Assembly: GCA_038213805.1 (NCBI GenBank)
Contig: JBBQSO010000029.1
Location: 1 to 55,268 of the forward strand
DNA length: 55,268 bases
Direction: 5' to 3'
Source: Planctomycetota bacterium
Lineage (GTDB): Bacteria > Planctomycetota > UBA11346
Part shown: positions 1 through 9,535 of the stretch, one piece after another
Numbering within the stretch: the stretch's first letter is position 1
How the letters are laid out: every line of letters begins with the position of its first letter
Position numbers and translations under genes: made by a program
Notes under the pieces: generated by a model
The model's database searches: none
The model's input: the letters and a program-made list of their open reading frames with translations, nothing else
Told to the model about the DNA's origin: nothing

Positions 1-675
1 GGCATCAATCTCGGCAAGTCGAAGGTCGTCGACCTCGGCGACGCGCTCGCCGACTATGAGATCGCGGTGCGCGCCCTGGGCGCGCTCGCCGACTACGTGG
101 TGGTCAACGTCTCCAGCCCCAACACCCCGGGTCTGCGCGACCTGCAAGGCGAGGCGCACCTGCGCCCGCTGCTCGCCGGAGTGCGCACCGCCCTCGATGC
201 GGTGGCGCCGCCCGCGGCCGGCGCGCGCCGGCCGCTGCTGCTCAAGATCGCGCCCGACCTTGGCGAGGCGGGCATCGACGCCGCCGTCGACGTTGCGCTT
301 GAGACGGGCTGCGACGGCCTGATCGCCACCAACACCACGATCACGCGCAGCGGTCTCACCACCCCGGCCCGGCGCGTCGAGGCCTGCGGCGCCGGCGGCC
401 TGTCGGGCGCGCCGCTGCGCGCGCGCGCCACCGCGGTGCTGGCGCGCGTCGCGCGGCGCGTCGCCGGCCGCGTGCCGGTGATCGGCGTGGGCGGGATCGA
501 CTCGGCCGCCGCGGCGTGGGAGAAGATCAGCCACGGGGCCAGCCTGGTGCAGATCTACAGCGCGCTGGTGTACCAGGGACCGGCACTGGTGGGGCGGATC
601 CATGCAGGACTGGCCGCACGGCTCGAGGAACTCGGCCTGAATTCGTTGGCGGCTGCAGTCGGAAGAGATTTGTAG
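1..675 (+). CDS. pyrD: Quinone-dependent dihydroorotate dehydrogenase (5'-truncated by window edge)
   Basis: Frame open from base 1 (GINLGKSK...); motifs VNVSSPNTPGLR, LLKIAPDL, ATNTT, GGLSGAPL, IGVGGI, ASLVQIYSAL. Confidence 0.95.
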   Translation, partial: GINLGKSKVVDLGDALADYEIAVRALGALADYVVVNVSSPNTPGLRDLQGEAHLRPLLAGVRTALDAVAPPAAGARRPLLLKIAPDLGEAGIDAAVDVALETGCDGLIATNTTITRSGLTTPARRVEACGAGGLSGAPLRARATAVLARVARRVAGRVPVIGVGGIDSAAAAWEKISHGASLVQIYSALVYQGPALVGRIHAGLAARLEELGLNSLAAAVGRDL

Positions 676-907
676 GCTGATGGCTGATGGCTGATGGCTG
701 ATGGCTGATGGCTGATGGCTGATGGCTGATGGCTGATGGCTGATGGCTGATGGCTGATGGCTGATGGCTGATGGCTGATGGCTGATGGCTGATGGCTGGA
801 CTCGCCGCTGCGCGGCGAGTCGAGATTTCAATGGTAACGCGTTCCAGCTCTGCGCGCGTACAGGACCGTGGTCACGCGCCGTTAGCCGTCAGCCGTCAGC
901 CGTCAGC
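675..907. repeat. Family A inverted tandem-repeat cassette: (GGCTGAT)17 ... (GCCGTYA)4
   Basis: Left arm 675-798 starts in the pyrD TAG; right arm 878-907 contains the stop of the convergent gene; perfect 10-bp hairpin at 799-821 in the spacer. Confidence 0.95.
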
Positions 908-1961
908 TCCGGCCGGCCCGCAGGGCCGCCGCCTCCAGCCGCGCATACCCCTCGACCAGCTGCGCGACGCTCATCGTACTCAAGCAGATGTTCGCTCGGC
1001 ACGTCTTGAACACCGGCGTCTCATGGCAGAACTGGCACGGCGCCTTGCCCAGCAGCAGTTCGACCGCGCCGGGCCCGCGCGGCTGGAATACCGCGGGATC
1101 GGTCGGGCCGAAGACCACCAGCAGTGGCGTGCCGACCGCCGCGGCGATGTGCGCCGGCCCGGTGTCGACCGACAGCACGGCGTGCGAGGCGGCCAGCACC
1201 GCGCGCAGCTCGCCGAGCGGTACCGCGCCGGTCCAGTCCTGGACGCGCGCGCGCAGTTCCGCAGGCAGGCGCGCGCGGATGGCGCGCGCCTCGCGGCCTT
1301 CGGGCGCGGAGCCATGCAGCACCGCGCCGTCGCACCGCCCCTCGGCGAACAGACGGGTCAGCAGCGCCGCCCACTGCTCCGCCGCGAGGCCCTTGAGGTT
1401 GCGCCGCTTGCGCCACCACGCATGGGTCAACGAAGAACCCGCCTGGATGGCGAGCACGCGCCGGCCGAGCGCGCCCAAGCGTGCACGCGCCGCCGCAAGC
1501 GCGGTCGGAGGCACCACCAGCCGCGGCAACGCGTCGAAGCCTTCCACGGTGAAGCCGCCGCCGCTGAGCGCATCGCGGTTGGCGTCGACGACGTGGCGGT
1601 GCGCGCTGCCGGCGCGGGTGATGCTGCGCATCAGCGCCGGCCCGCGCCAGCCGTCAATCCAGCCGCGGATGAGCGCGGTCTCGCCCTCGAAGTGGATGAT
1701 CTCGTCGTAGCCGCGCGCCGCGAGCTGCGGACCAAGGCGCCGCCGTTCACCGCCGCGCAGCCAACCATCCAGCCCGCGGTCGCCAGCCGACGGGTGCGCC
1801 AGAGTGTGCACTCCCGCCAGCCAAGGCTGGTCGGCAAGCAGCGGCCGCGCCCACGATCGGGCGAGCAGCTCGACCTCGCCATCACGGGCAAGCTGGCGCA
1901 GGATCGGGGTGAGCATCACCAGGTCGCCGACCCGCGCGAAAAAGACCACCAGGCGTCGCAT
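903..1961 (-). CDS. GT9-family glycosyltransferase (ADP-heptose:LPS heptosyltransferase-like)
   Basis: N-term RVGDLVMLTP, DTGPAHIAAAVGTP, FGPTDP, C-term CQFC...C...C; start moved to ATG 1961. Confidence 0.85.
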   Translation of the reverse strand: MRRLVVFFARVGDLVMLTPILRQLARDGEVELLARSWARPLLADQPWLAGVHTLAHPSAGDRGLDGWLRGGERRRLGPQLAARGYDEIIHFEGETALIRGWIDGWRGPALMRSITRAGSAHRHVVDANRDALSGGGFTVEGFDALPRLVVPPTALAAARARLGALGRRVLAIQAGSSLTHAWWRKRRNLKGLAAEQWAALLTRLFAEGRCDGAVLHGSAPEGREARAIRARLPAELRARVQDWTGAVPLGELRAVLAASHAVLSVDTGPAHIAAAVGTPLLVVFGPTDPAVFQPRGPGAVELLLGKAPCQFCHETPVFKTCRANICLSTMSVAQLVEGYARLEAAALRAGRS

Positions 1962-2024
1962 GGGCGGGCAGCATGGGGAAGGAGGCGAGAAGGGGAAGCA
2001 GGAGGGGAAAGGGGCAGGAAGTGC

Positions 2025-2292
2025 GGGAGCGAAGGAGCACGGGAGCGAGGAAGCGGAGGCAGAGACACCAGAGAGGCAGCAGCGCACTGCAATCAGCAGG
2101 GTGGTGACTTCAGATATTCCGGATATGGTATCCTCCGCCGCGCGCGGCCACATCCGCACGGCTCAGGTGACTTCCGCCATTCTGCCGTGGCTCAGGTAAC
2201 TATCTTCGCGATTTCCCCTGTCCTGCCCTCCCCATGCGGTGTCGTCCTGGTGTCCGGCCGTCTCTCTCCCTCGCTCCTTCACTCTCTTCCCC
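2025..2292. repeat. Degenerate inverted 8-mer cassette (GGGAGCGA-like ... TCGCTCCY-like) in a divergent intergenic region
   Basis: Purine-rich arm 2025-2056, pyrimidine-rich arm 2263-2292. Confidence 0.55.
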
Positions 2293-2302
2293 GCGATCCC
2301 CC

Positions 2303-3499
2303 ATGTCCACCCCACCGCCCATCCTCTATCGCCGGCTCGCCCTGCTCACCCAGGGCGGGCTGGACATCTACCGCAACAAGACGGCGATGGGCATGCTGCG
2401 CTTCCGGCCCGAGGACGTGGTGTGCGTGATCGACGCCAAGCACGCCGGGCAGGACCTGCAGCAGCTCACCGGGGTCGGCGCCGGCGTCCCGATCGTCGCC
2501 ACCGTCATGGACGCGGTGCGCCTGGGCATCGACTGGCTGGTGATCGGCGTCGCCACGCCCGGCGGCTACCTGCCGGCCAACCTGCGCCCACAGGTCTACG
2601 AGGCGATCAAGAACCGCATCGGCGTGATCTCGGGCCTGCACGAGAGCGTCAACGGCGATCCCAACCTGGTGGCGCTGTCGGCGCGCTACGCCGTCGACCT
2701 GGTCAACCTGCGCCGCCTGCCGGACGACGAGAACCACGTCAGCACGGCGCGCGCACGCGACACCAAGGCTTTCCGCCTGCTGACCGTGGGCACCGACGCC
2801 AACATCGGCAAGACCACCACCGCCCTCGAGCTGGAGCGCCAGCTGCGCGCCCAGGGCGTGTCGGCGCGCTTCGTGCCCACCGGCCAGGATGGCAAGCTCA
2901 TCACCGGCCGCGGCGTGTGCATCGACCGCGTGATCAGCAACTTCGCCAGCGGCGCGGTCGAGCGCCTGGTCTGCCACGAGGCGCGCAGCGCCGACCTGCT
3001 GGTCATCGAAGGCCAGGACTCGATCCTTTCGCCGCCGTACTCGGGCGTGGCCCTCGCCCTGCTCCACGGCAGCTGCCCCGACGCGATGGTGCTGTGCCAC
3101 GCCCCCAGCCGCACCCTGCACCGCCATACCGACGTGCCGATCCCGCCGCTGCAGCAGTACCGCCAGCTCTACGAGGCGATGCTCGCCCCCCTCCACCCCG
3201 GCAAGGTGGTGGCGATCAGCCTCAACACCATGGGCCTGGACGAGGCCGAGGCGCGCAAGGCGTTGGTGGCCGCGCGCGCTGAGACCGGGCTGCCTGCGGT
3301 CGATCCGGTGCGCAACCTCGATGGCGGGGTCGAGGTCCTGGTCGCCGCCATACTCGCCGCTGCCAAAGGCCGGCTCCCCGCCGCGGCTACGCGTCACGCC
3401 GCCACCGCGGCCGGCCACCGGCCCGCCAAGTCCAAAGCCAAAGCCCAGGCCGCGCACGGCAAGGCCGGCGCCAAGGCGGCGATGAAGCGCAAAGGCTAG
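2303..3499 (+). CDS. DUF1611 family protein (DgcN-like P-loop protein) with Lys/Ala-rich tail
   Basis: KTAMG, GVATPGG, SGLH, VGTDANIGKTTT, TGQDG, IEGQ, LLHGSCPDAMVLCH. Confidence 0.85.
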   Translation: MSTPPPILYRRLALLTQGGLDIYRNKTAMGMLRFRPEDVVCVIDAKHAGQDLQQLTGVGAGVPIVATVMDAVRLGIDWLVIGVATPGGYLPANLRPQVYEAIKNRIGVISGLHESVNGDPNLVALSARYAVDLVNLRRLPDDENHVSTARARDTKAFRLLTVGTDANIGKTTTALELERQLRAQGVSARFVPTGQDGKLITGRGVCIDRVISNFASGAVERLVCHEARSADLLVIEGQDSILSPPYSGVALALLHGSCPDAMVLCHAPSRTLHRHTDVPIPPLQQYRQLYEAMLAPLHPGKVVAISLNTMGLDEAEARKALVAARAETGLPAVDPVRNLDGGVEVLVAAILAAAKGRLPAAATRHAATAAGHRPAKSKAKAQAAHGKAGAKAAMKRKG

Positions 3500-3623
3500 C
3501 GGTCTTTCCCCGACGCTGCCCTGTTCTTCCCGGACCGGCGAGCCCCACGGGCCGGACCGCCGCACCCGTGGGGCTGTTCCCCTGCCGCGCCCCGCCGCCA
3601 CGATGGCATCCGGAGACCGCCCC

Positions 3624-4637
3624 ATGGCCCTGCGTCCCCTCGCTTTCGTCCTCGCAGTAACCAGCGCGGCCCTGCAGCTGGGTGCTGTCGAAGCCGCCGA
3701 TCCGCTGCGCGCCCTGCCCGCCCTGCCCAAGCCACTGCCAGCGGTGGCCGCCGCGCTGCCGGCTGGCGAGACCGTCCGCGATTTTGCACCGGGGGTGCAG
3801 GTGGTGTTGGGCAAGCGCGTGATCCTGACCGGTTCGGTGATCATGGACCAGGGACCGGTCGACGGCCTTGAGGTCCTCGCCTGCCTCGCCAGCGGCAAGA
3901 CCCATGAAGCCATCGTGCGCCTGGCAGCACCGGACGGCCACACCGCCCGGGCGGCCTTCACCGCAGCCCTCGGCCTCGAGAAGGAGGGCGTGCCCGCCCC
4001 CGAATCCAGCGGCCTGCCGGCACGCGGCTGGCCGCTGTCGGTGACCCTGGAGTGGGCTGATCCCGACCATCCCGGCGCGAGCCTGGCGGTAGCGGCCAGC
4101 AGCCTGGTGCGCGACCGCAGCCTCGACCGCTCTTTCCCGGCGCTGCCCTTCATCTACACCGGCAGCCGCTTCCTGACCCTCGACGAGACCGGTCTGGACG
4201 GCAAGCCGGTGCGTCACGAGCGCTTCATGCTCGACAGCACCAAATCGATCGTGGTGATCTTCGACGAGGCCGATGCCCTGCTCGCCAGCCCCTTCCCGGA
4301 TTCCGGCAGCGACAAGCACTTCGAGGTCAACAGCGGCATCTGCCCGCCGGCACAGACCCCGGTGCGCCTGGTCTTCGCCCCGGTCGAACTGCCCCTGACC
4401 CTGGTCCAGGCCGCGGACGGCAGCCTGGGCATCGGTGGCAAGACCATGGGCGATGCCGAACTCGAGGCGCTGCTCGCCGAACGCTACGGCGCCGCAGCCA
4501 CCCCGGCCCAGCGCGCCGTGGCGGTGCGCGTCGACCCGGCCAGCGAGCGTGCGGTCGACGTCGCCACGCGCCGCCGTCTGCTCATCCTCGCCGCCTCCGC
4601 CAAGGCCTGGGTGGTTCCGGTTTTCGTCCTGCCCTGA
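3624..4637 (+). CDS. Exported protein with YdjY-like domain and ExbD-like C-terminus
   Basis: Signal-peptide-like N-term; LEVLAC..GKTHE and FIYTGSRF motifs resemble YdjY; start could be 3603. Confidence 0.6.
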   Translation: MALRPLAFVLAVTSAALQLGAVEAADPLRALPALPKPLPAVAAALPAGETVRDFAPGVQVVLGKRVILTGSVIMDQGPVDGLEVLACLASGKTHEAIVRLAAPDGHTARAAFTAALGLEKEGVPAPESSGLPARGWPLSVTLEWADPDHPGASLAVAASSLVRDRSLDRSFPALPFIYTGSRFLTLDETGLDGKPVRHERFMLDSTKSIVVIFDEADALLASPFPDSGSDKHFEVNSGICPPAQTPVRLVFAPVELPLTLVQAADGSLGIGGKTMGDAELEALLAERYGAAATPAQRAVAVRVDPASERAVDVATRRRLLILAASAKAWVVPVFVLP

Positions 4638-4881
4638 GCACCGTTCAGTAAACGCCCGTTCGCAAGTCCTTGGGAGAGCGGCAGGTCCGACTCCCGGCGG
4701 CAGCGCCTGGTAGGCTGACGGACCTCCCGGCCGAGCCTCGCCCCGCGCCCGATCCCAGGGTATGCTGTGGGCGGCCAGCGTCCGTCAGCGGCCGTGCCTG
4801 GTCAGGAGCCGCTCCATCCCCCCTGCGGGACGGGCCCCCTGGTCGGGGACGGTCGCCGCACCCGGCCACGGAGGGCCGCGC

Positions 4882-5955
4882 ATGATCACCATGGAGGAAC
4901 TGCTGCGCACGATGGTCGAGCGCGGCGGTTCAGACCTGCACATCTCCGCCGGCTCGGCGCCACGCGTGCGCCTCGATGGCAAGCTCGCCGAACTGGCCGG
5001 CATTGACGTGATGGGCCCTGAACAGACCAAGAAGCTGGTCTACTCGGTGCTCGACAGCATGCAGATCGCGCGCTTCGAGCAGGACTGGGAGCTCGACATG
5101 AGCTTCGGCCTGGCCGGGGTCGGGCGCTTCCGCGTCAACGTCTTCCTGCAGCGCGGCGCGGTCGGATCGGTGATGCGCACCATCCCCTACGAGATCTTCA
5201 CCTTCGACCAGCTCGGCCTGCCCAAGGAGGTCTGCACCCACCTTTGCGAGCTCAACAAGGGCCTGGTGCTGGTCACCGGCGCCACCGGCTCGGGCAAGTC
5301 GACCTCGCTGGCCTCGATGATCGACTTCATCAACACCTCGATGCAGGACCACATCATCACCATCGAGGACCCCATTGAGTTCGTGCACCGCAACAAGTCG
5401 TGCCTGATCAACCAGCGCGAGGTCGGCACCGACACCCAGGGCTTCAACTCGGCACTGCGCCGCGTGCTGCGCCAGGACCCCGACGTGGTGCTGATCGGCG
5501 AGATGCGCGACAAGGAGACCATCGAGGCCGGGTTGACCCTTGCCGAGACCGGCCACCTGACCTTCGCCACGCTGCACACCTCCGACGCGGTGCAGACCAT
5601 CAACCGCATCGTCGACGTCTTCCCGGCCTACCAGCAGAACCAGATCCGCACCCAGCTCGCCTTCGTGCTCGAGGGCGTGTTCTGCCAGCAGCTGCTGCCC
5701 AAGATGAACAGCCGCGGGCGCGCCCTGGCCTGCGAGATCATGATCCCCAACAGCGCCATCCGCGCGCTGATCCGCGACGACAAGTGCCATCAGATCATGT
5801 CGCACATCCAGACCGGATCGAAGGTCGGCATGCGCACCATGAACCAGAGCCTCTTCGAGCTCTACAAGGCCAACCAGATCACCTGGGACGACGCCATGTC
5901 GCGCAGCGGCGACCCCGAGGACCTCAAGCGCACCGCCCAGCGCGAGACCGCCTGA
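4882..5955 (+). CDS. pilT: Type IV pilus retraction ATPase PilT
   Basis: SDLHIS, GATGSGKSTS, TIEDPIE, LRQDPDVVLIGEMRD, AETGHL, AIRALIR. Confidence 0.95.
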   Translation: MITMEELLRTMVERGGSDLHISAGSAPRVRLDGKLAELAGIDVMGPEQTKKLVYSVLDSMQIARFEQDWELDMSFGLAGVGRFRVNVFLQRGAVGSVMRTIPYEIFTFDQLGLPKEVCTHLCELNKGLVLVTGATGSGKSTSLASMIDFINTSMQDHIITIEDPIEFVHRNKSCLINQREVGTDTQGFNSALRRVLRQDPDVVLIGEMRDKETIEAGLTLAETGHLTFATLHTSDAVQTINRIVDVFPAYQQNQIRTQLAFVLEGVFCQQLLPKMNSRGRALACEIMIPNSAIRALIRDDKCHQIMSHIQTGSKVGMRTMNQSLFELYKANQITWDDAMSRSGDPEDLKRTAQRETA

Positions 5956-5956
5956 C

Positions 5957-6400
5957 ATGGTCGCCCTCAACCGCATGGTCCGCAAAAAGCTCGGCGAGAT
6001 CCTCGTCGACCAGGGCCTGCTCAGCCAGGAGCAGGTGCAGGACGCGCTGCGCCTGCAGCACCAGTCCGGCCTGCTCTTCGGCGAGACCCTGGTGCAGCAG
6101 AAGCTGATTACCGAGGACAAGATCGTGTCGGTGCTGGTCGGCCAGTTCGGCATCCCCTACATCCGCCCGACGCAGTACACCATCGCCAAGGACCTGCTCG
6201 AGATCTTCGATCCGGCGATGATGCGGCGCTTCCAGTTCGTGCCGATGGATTCGATCGGATCGGTGCTGGTCATCGCCATCGCCGGCTCCCTGACCGAGGA
6301 TGTGCTGCACGAGATCGAATCCCAGACCGGGTGTTCGCTGCAGCTGTTCCTGACGCGCATGAGCGAGATCAACCTCGTGCTGCAGAACGCCGGGCTCTGA
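5957..6400 (+). CDS. Stand-alone MshEN/T2SSE_N-domain protein
   Basis: KLGEILVDQGLLSQEQVQDALRLQ followed by LFGETLV: MshEN tandem motif; no ATPase domain. Confidence 0.8.
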   Translation: MVALNRMVRKKLGEILVDQGLLSQEQVQDALRLQHQSGLLFGETLVQQKLITEDKIVSVLVGQFGIPYIRPTQYTIAKDLLEIFDPAMMRRFQFVPMDSIGSVLVIAIAGSLTEDVLHEIESQTGCSLQLFLTRMSEINLVLQNAGL

Positions 6401-6401
6401 C

Positions 6402-8261
6402 ATGGCCAACATCGCCGGCTACAACCGCAAGCTGACGGCCCTGATGCGCAAGCACGGCCTGGTCGAGGAGGCCGCCCTGGTCGCGATGGGCGACAAGGCC
6501 GCCAAGGAGGGCCTGCTGCTCGCCAGCCTGCTGATCACCGAGGCGCTGATCGACGAATCCACCCTGATCGGCCTGGTCAGCGAGGACTCCGCCCACCCGC
6601 CGATCGACCTCGACAAGCTCAAGATCGAGCTCGACGACATCCGCAACATCAACCAGGGCGCCGATATCATCACCGAGGAGCAGTCGAAATTCTACGGCGT
6701 GGTGCCGATCGCCATGGTCGGCGACCACCTGACCCTGGCGGTCGCGAATCCCTACGACGTGATCATGGTGGACAACCTCAAGATCACCGTCGGCAAAGTG
6801 ATCATGGCGGTGGTGTCCACCGAACGCGCCATCAACAAGGCCCGCGAACTCGCCTACCATGCCCAGGAAAAGGCCATGGAGTCGCTCATGGAGACCATGG
6901 GCAACGACGGTGACGAGATCACCGTCACCGAGAAGCCCAAAGAGGATGACGAAGGCGACCTGAGCGCCGCCGAAGGCGACGAGAGCCCGGCCGTGAAGCT
7001 GGTGCGCACCATCATCGCCCAGGCCATCCAGCAGGGCGCCTCCGACATCCATATCGAGCCGTTTGAAAAGCGCGTGCGCGTGCGCTTCCGCAAGGACGGC
7101 GTGCTGCACGAGATGTTCAATCCGCCCAAGCGCCTGGAAAAGGCCATGGTCTCGCGCATCAAGATCATGACCGACACCATGAACATCGCCGAGCGCGGCA
7201 AGCCCCAGGACGGGCGCATCCAGGTCAAGATGGCCGGCAACGCCATCGACATCCGCGTCAACTCGCTGCCCACCGTGCACGGCGAGAAGGTCTGCATGCG
7301 TATCCTGAACAAGTCCAATTTGGCGGGCTCGCTCGAAACCCTCAATTTCGAACCGGCGGTGCTCGACATCGTGCGCCGCGCGATCGGCGCGCCCTACGGC
7401 ATGCTGCTGGTCACGGGCCCGACCGGCTCCGGCAAGTCGACCACGCTGTACTCGTGCCTGCGCGCGGTGATGACCGTCGAGGACAACGTCAACACCGTCG
7501 AGGACCCGGTCGAATACGAGATCGAAGGCCTCAATCAGTGCCACGTCAATCCCAAGCGCGGGCTGACCTTCGGCGCGGCGCTGCGCGCCCTGCTGCGCCA
7601 GGACCCCGACACCATCATGATCGGCGAGATCCGCGACCAGGAGACCATCGAGATCGCGGTCAAGGCCGCGCTCACCGGCCATCTGGTGCTGTCGACGCTG
7701 CACACCAATGACGCGCCATCGACCATCGCGCGCATCGTCGACATGGGCATCGAACCCTTCCTCGCCGCCAGCACGGTGCTCGCCATCGTCGCCCAGCGCC
7801 TCGGCCGCCGCCTGTGCAAGAACTGCAAAGCGCCGATGCCCAAGGAGGAGATGCCGAGTCGCGAACAGCTTCTTGAGTCCGGCTACAAGCCCGAAGAGAT
7901 CGAGGGTCTCGCATTGCTCAAGCCGATCGGCTGCAGCCTGTGCGCCGGCGGCTACAAGGGCCGCTTCGCCCTGGTCGAATGCATGGAGATGACCGACGAC
8001 CTGCGCAAGGCGATCATCGGCGGCGCCAGCACCATCGATCTGCGCAAGGCCGCGATCAAGTGCGGCATGATCACCCTGCGCCGCGCCGGCCTGATGAACG
8101 CCATGCGCGGCGTGACCTCGCTCGAGGAGGTCATGCGCCACACCATGGGCGAAGAGGTCGGCAAGGAGGACGCGCCGGTGGTCAAGAAGGCCGCCGGCGA
8201 AGGCGAGGATGCGGCCGCGGAGGTCGAGCTGCCGAAGGAGACGGCGGAGGCGGGGACCTGA
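6402..8261 (+). CDS. pilB: Type IV pilus/T2SS assembly ATPase (PilB/GspE)
   Basis: ASDIHIEP, PQDGRI, GPTGSGKSTT, EDPVEY, LRQDPD, LSTLHTND, CKNC/CSLC zinc motifs. Confidence 0.92.
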   Translation: MANIAGYNRKLTALMRKHGLVEEAALVAMGDKAAKEGLLLASLLITEALIDESTLIGLVSEDSAHPPIDLDKLKIELDDIRNINQGADIITEEQSKFYGVVPIAMVGDHLTLAVANPYDVIMVDNLKITVGKVIMAVVSTERAINKARELAYHAQEKAMESLMETMGNDGDEITVTEKPKEDDEGDLSAAEGDESPAVKLVRTIIAQAIQQGASDIHIEPFEKRVRVRFRKDGVLHEMFNPPKRLEKAMVSRIKIMTDTMNIAERGKPQDGRIQVKMAGNAIDIRVNSLPTVHGEKVCMRILNKSNLAGSLETLNFEPAVLDIVRRAIGAPYGMLLVTGPTGSGKSTTLYSCLRAVMTVEDNVNTVEDPVEYEIEGLNQCHVNPKRGLTFGAALRALLRQDPDTIMIGEIRDQETIEIAVKAALTGHLVLSTLHTNDAPSTIARIVDMGIEPFLAASTVLAIVAQRLGRRLCKNCKAPMPKEEMPSREQLLESGYKPEEIEGLALLKPIGCSLCAGGYKGRFALVECMEMTDDLRKAIIGGASTIDLRKAAIKCGMITLRRAGLMNAMRGVTSLEEVMRHTMGEEVGKEDAPVVKKAAGEGEDAAAEVELPKETAEAGT

Positions 8262-8360
8262 CCCTAGACCCTAGAGGGGTGCTTCGGGATCATGCGCGGC
8301 GTTACGTGGAATATTCACTGGAGCTGGAAAAGTCTGGCTGTCCCTAGGGTCTAGGGTCTA
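8260..8360. repeat. Family C inverted cassette: (GACCCTA)2 ... CCCTAGGG(TCTAGGG)TCTA
   Basis: Left arm overlaps the pilB TGA; right arm contains the TAG of the convergent gene (8358-8360); GGCTGTC at 8336-8342. Confidence 0.85.
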
Positions 8361-9323
8361 ACTCTCCGGCGCCTTCACCCGCGCCAGGATGCCGATCTTG
8401 GCGAAGCGCGCCTTGGCGGATTCCGCTTCCTCCTTGGTCACGCCCTTCAACACCGGGATGATCGGCTTCTTGGAGAGCGCGTCGGCCTCCTCGGTGGTGA
8501 ACTTGGTCAGCTCGGCGAGGATCGGCACGGCCTTGATGCGGCGGTTCTCGTCGGCGATCTTGGCCAGGAACACCGAGAAGCCGGCCGGCACGCCACCGTG
8601 CGGGATGCGGTCGGACCCGGGCTGCACGGCGGTGGTGGGCGTGGTGCGCGGCGCCGACGGTTTGGCGGTGTCGTCATCGGGCAGCAGGCGGTCGAGGATG
8701 TTGGTGATGTCGTCGTTGTTGGGCATGAAGCCGCCCGCGTCGTCATCCGGGAACAGCTCGTTGAGGCGCGCCACCGGGTCGCCGCCATCCGCACGCTGAT
8801 CGGCCGCCACCGCCTGCGCGGTCGGGGTCATCGCCACCGCGTGGTTGGAGAACGGCGTGATCTCGGGCAGCGTGGTGCCGCGGAACTCCTGCGCGGCGCC
8901 GCGCAGCGAGGTGGTGCCCGGTCGCGAACCGGCCCCGGCGATGCGCGCCGCGAGCAGGTCGACCAGACGGTGCGGCTTGCCGCCGGTGGTGCAGGGCAGC
9001 CAGATCTGGCAGTCGGCGACGTGGTCGGCGAGCTCGCGCTTGAACACCTGGGGGCGGCGCGGCCAATCGATCTTGGGCAGCTCGGCGACCTCGGTGGTGG
9101 TGAACTCGATGACCGCGCCGCGCGACTCGAGCGGCACCAGGGCCAGGCTCAGCGCGGACGCCTCGTCACGGCTGAGGTCGGTCAGCAGGACGATGGGGGT
9201 CGAGGTGGTGATCGAGGCGCAGGTCGCCTCTTTGAGGCTGAAGGCCCGGCCGAGCAGCACCGTCACGGCCTCGCGGCTCGCGTCGGGACAGGCCCTCAGG
9301 ATCATGGAGTAGGTGCCAGGCAT
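8358..9323 (-). CDS. Hypothetical protein with ribosomal L7/L12-CTD-like domain(s)
   Basis: C-term FSVFL...IKAV...EEADAL..PIIPVLKGVTKEEAESAKARFAKIG resembles L7/L12 CTD; N-term has a similar pattern. Confidence 0.6.
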   Translation of the reverse strand: MPGTYSMILRACPDASREAVTVLLGRAFSLKEATCASITTSTPIVLLTDLSRDEASALSLALVPLESRGAVIEFTTTEVAELPKIDWPRRPQVFKRELADHVADCQIWLPCTTGGKPHRLVDLLAARIAGAGSRPGTTSLRGAAQEFRGTTLPEITPFSNHAVAMTPTAQAVAADQRADGGDPVARLNELFPDDDAGGFMPNNDDITNILDRLLPDDDTAKPSAPRTTPTTAVQPGSDRIPHGGVPAGFSVFLAKIADENRRIKAVPILAELTKFTTEEADALSKKPIIPVLKGVTKEEAESAKARFAKIGILARVKAPES

Positions 9324-9535
9324 GGGTGCTTCGTCGGCTCATGGTTCCCGGACGCGGGAGACTGTCAATTCCGCCGCGTGGGCGGGGACGAGGCGTGTTT
9401 CGTGCACCGGGGCTGACCTGGGACCATCGTCAGAGCTTACCCGCAAACCCCTGCAGCCACCATGGCTTTCCCGGTGGCATTCGGCCGCAGGGGACTTTCC
9501 CTTGGCCGGCGGCGCTGCGGCCCAGAGTGGCCGCC

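Noticed and set aside
675..798. CRISPR array
   Set aside because: Contiguous 7-nt tandem units with no unique spacers, and no cas genes in the window.
4714..4789. 10-bp inverted repeat GCTGACGGAC/GTCCGTCAGC upstream of pilT as a minimal family A cassette or riboswitch
   Set aside because: Single unit only, plausible by chance at this GC content, and no riboswitch consensus recognised.
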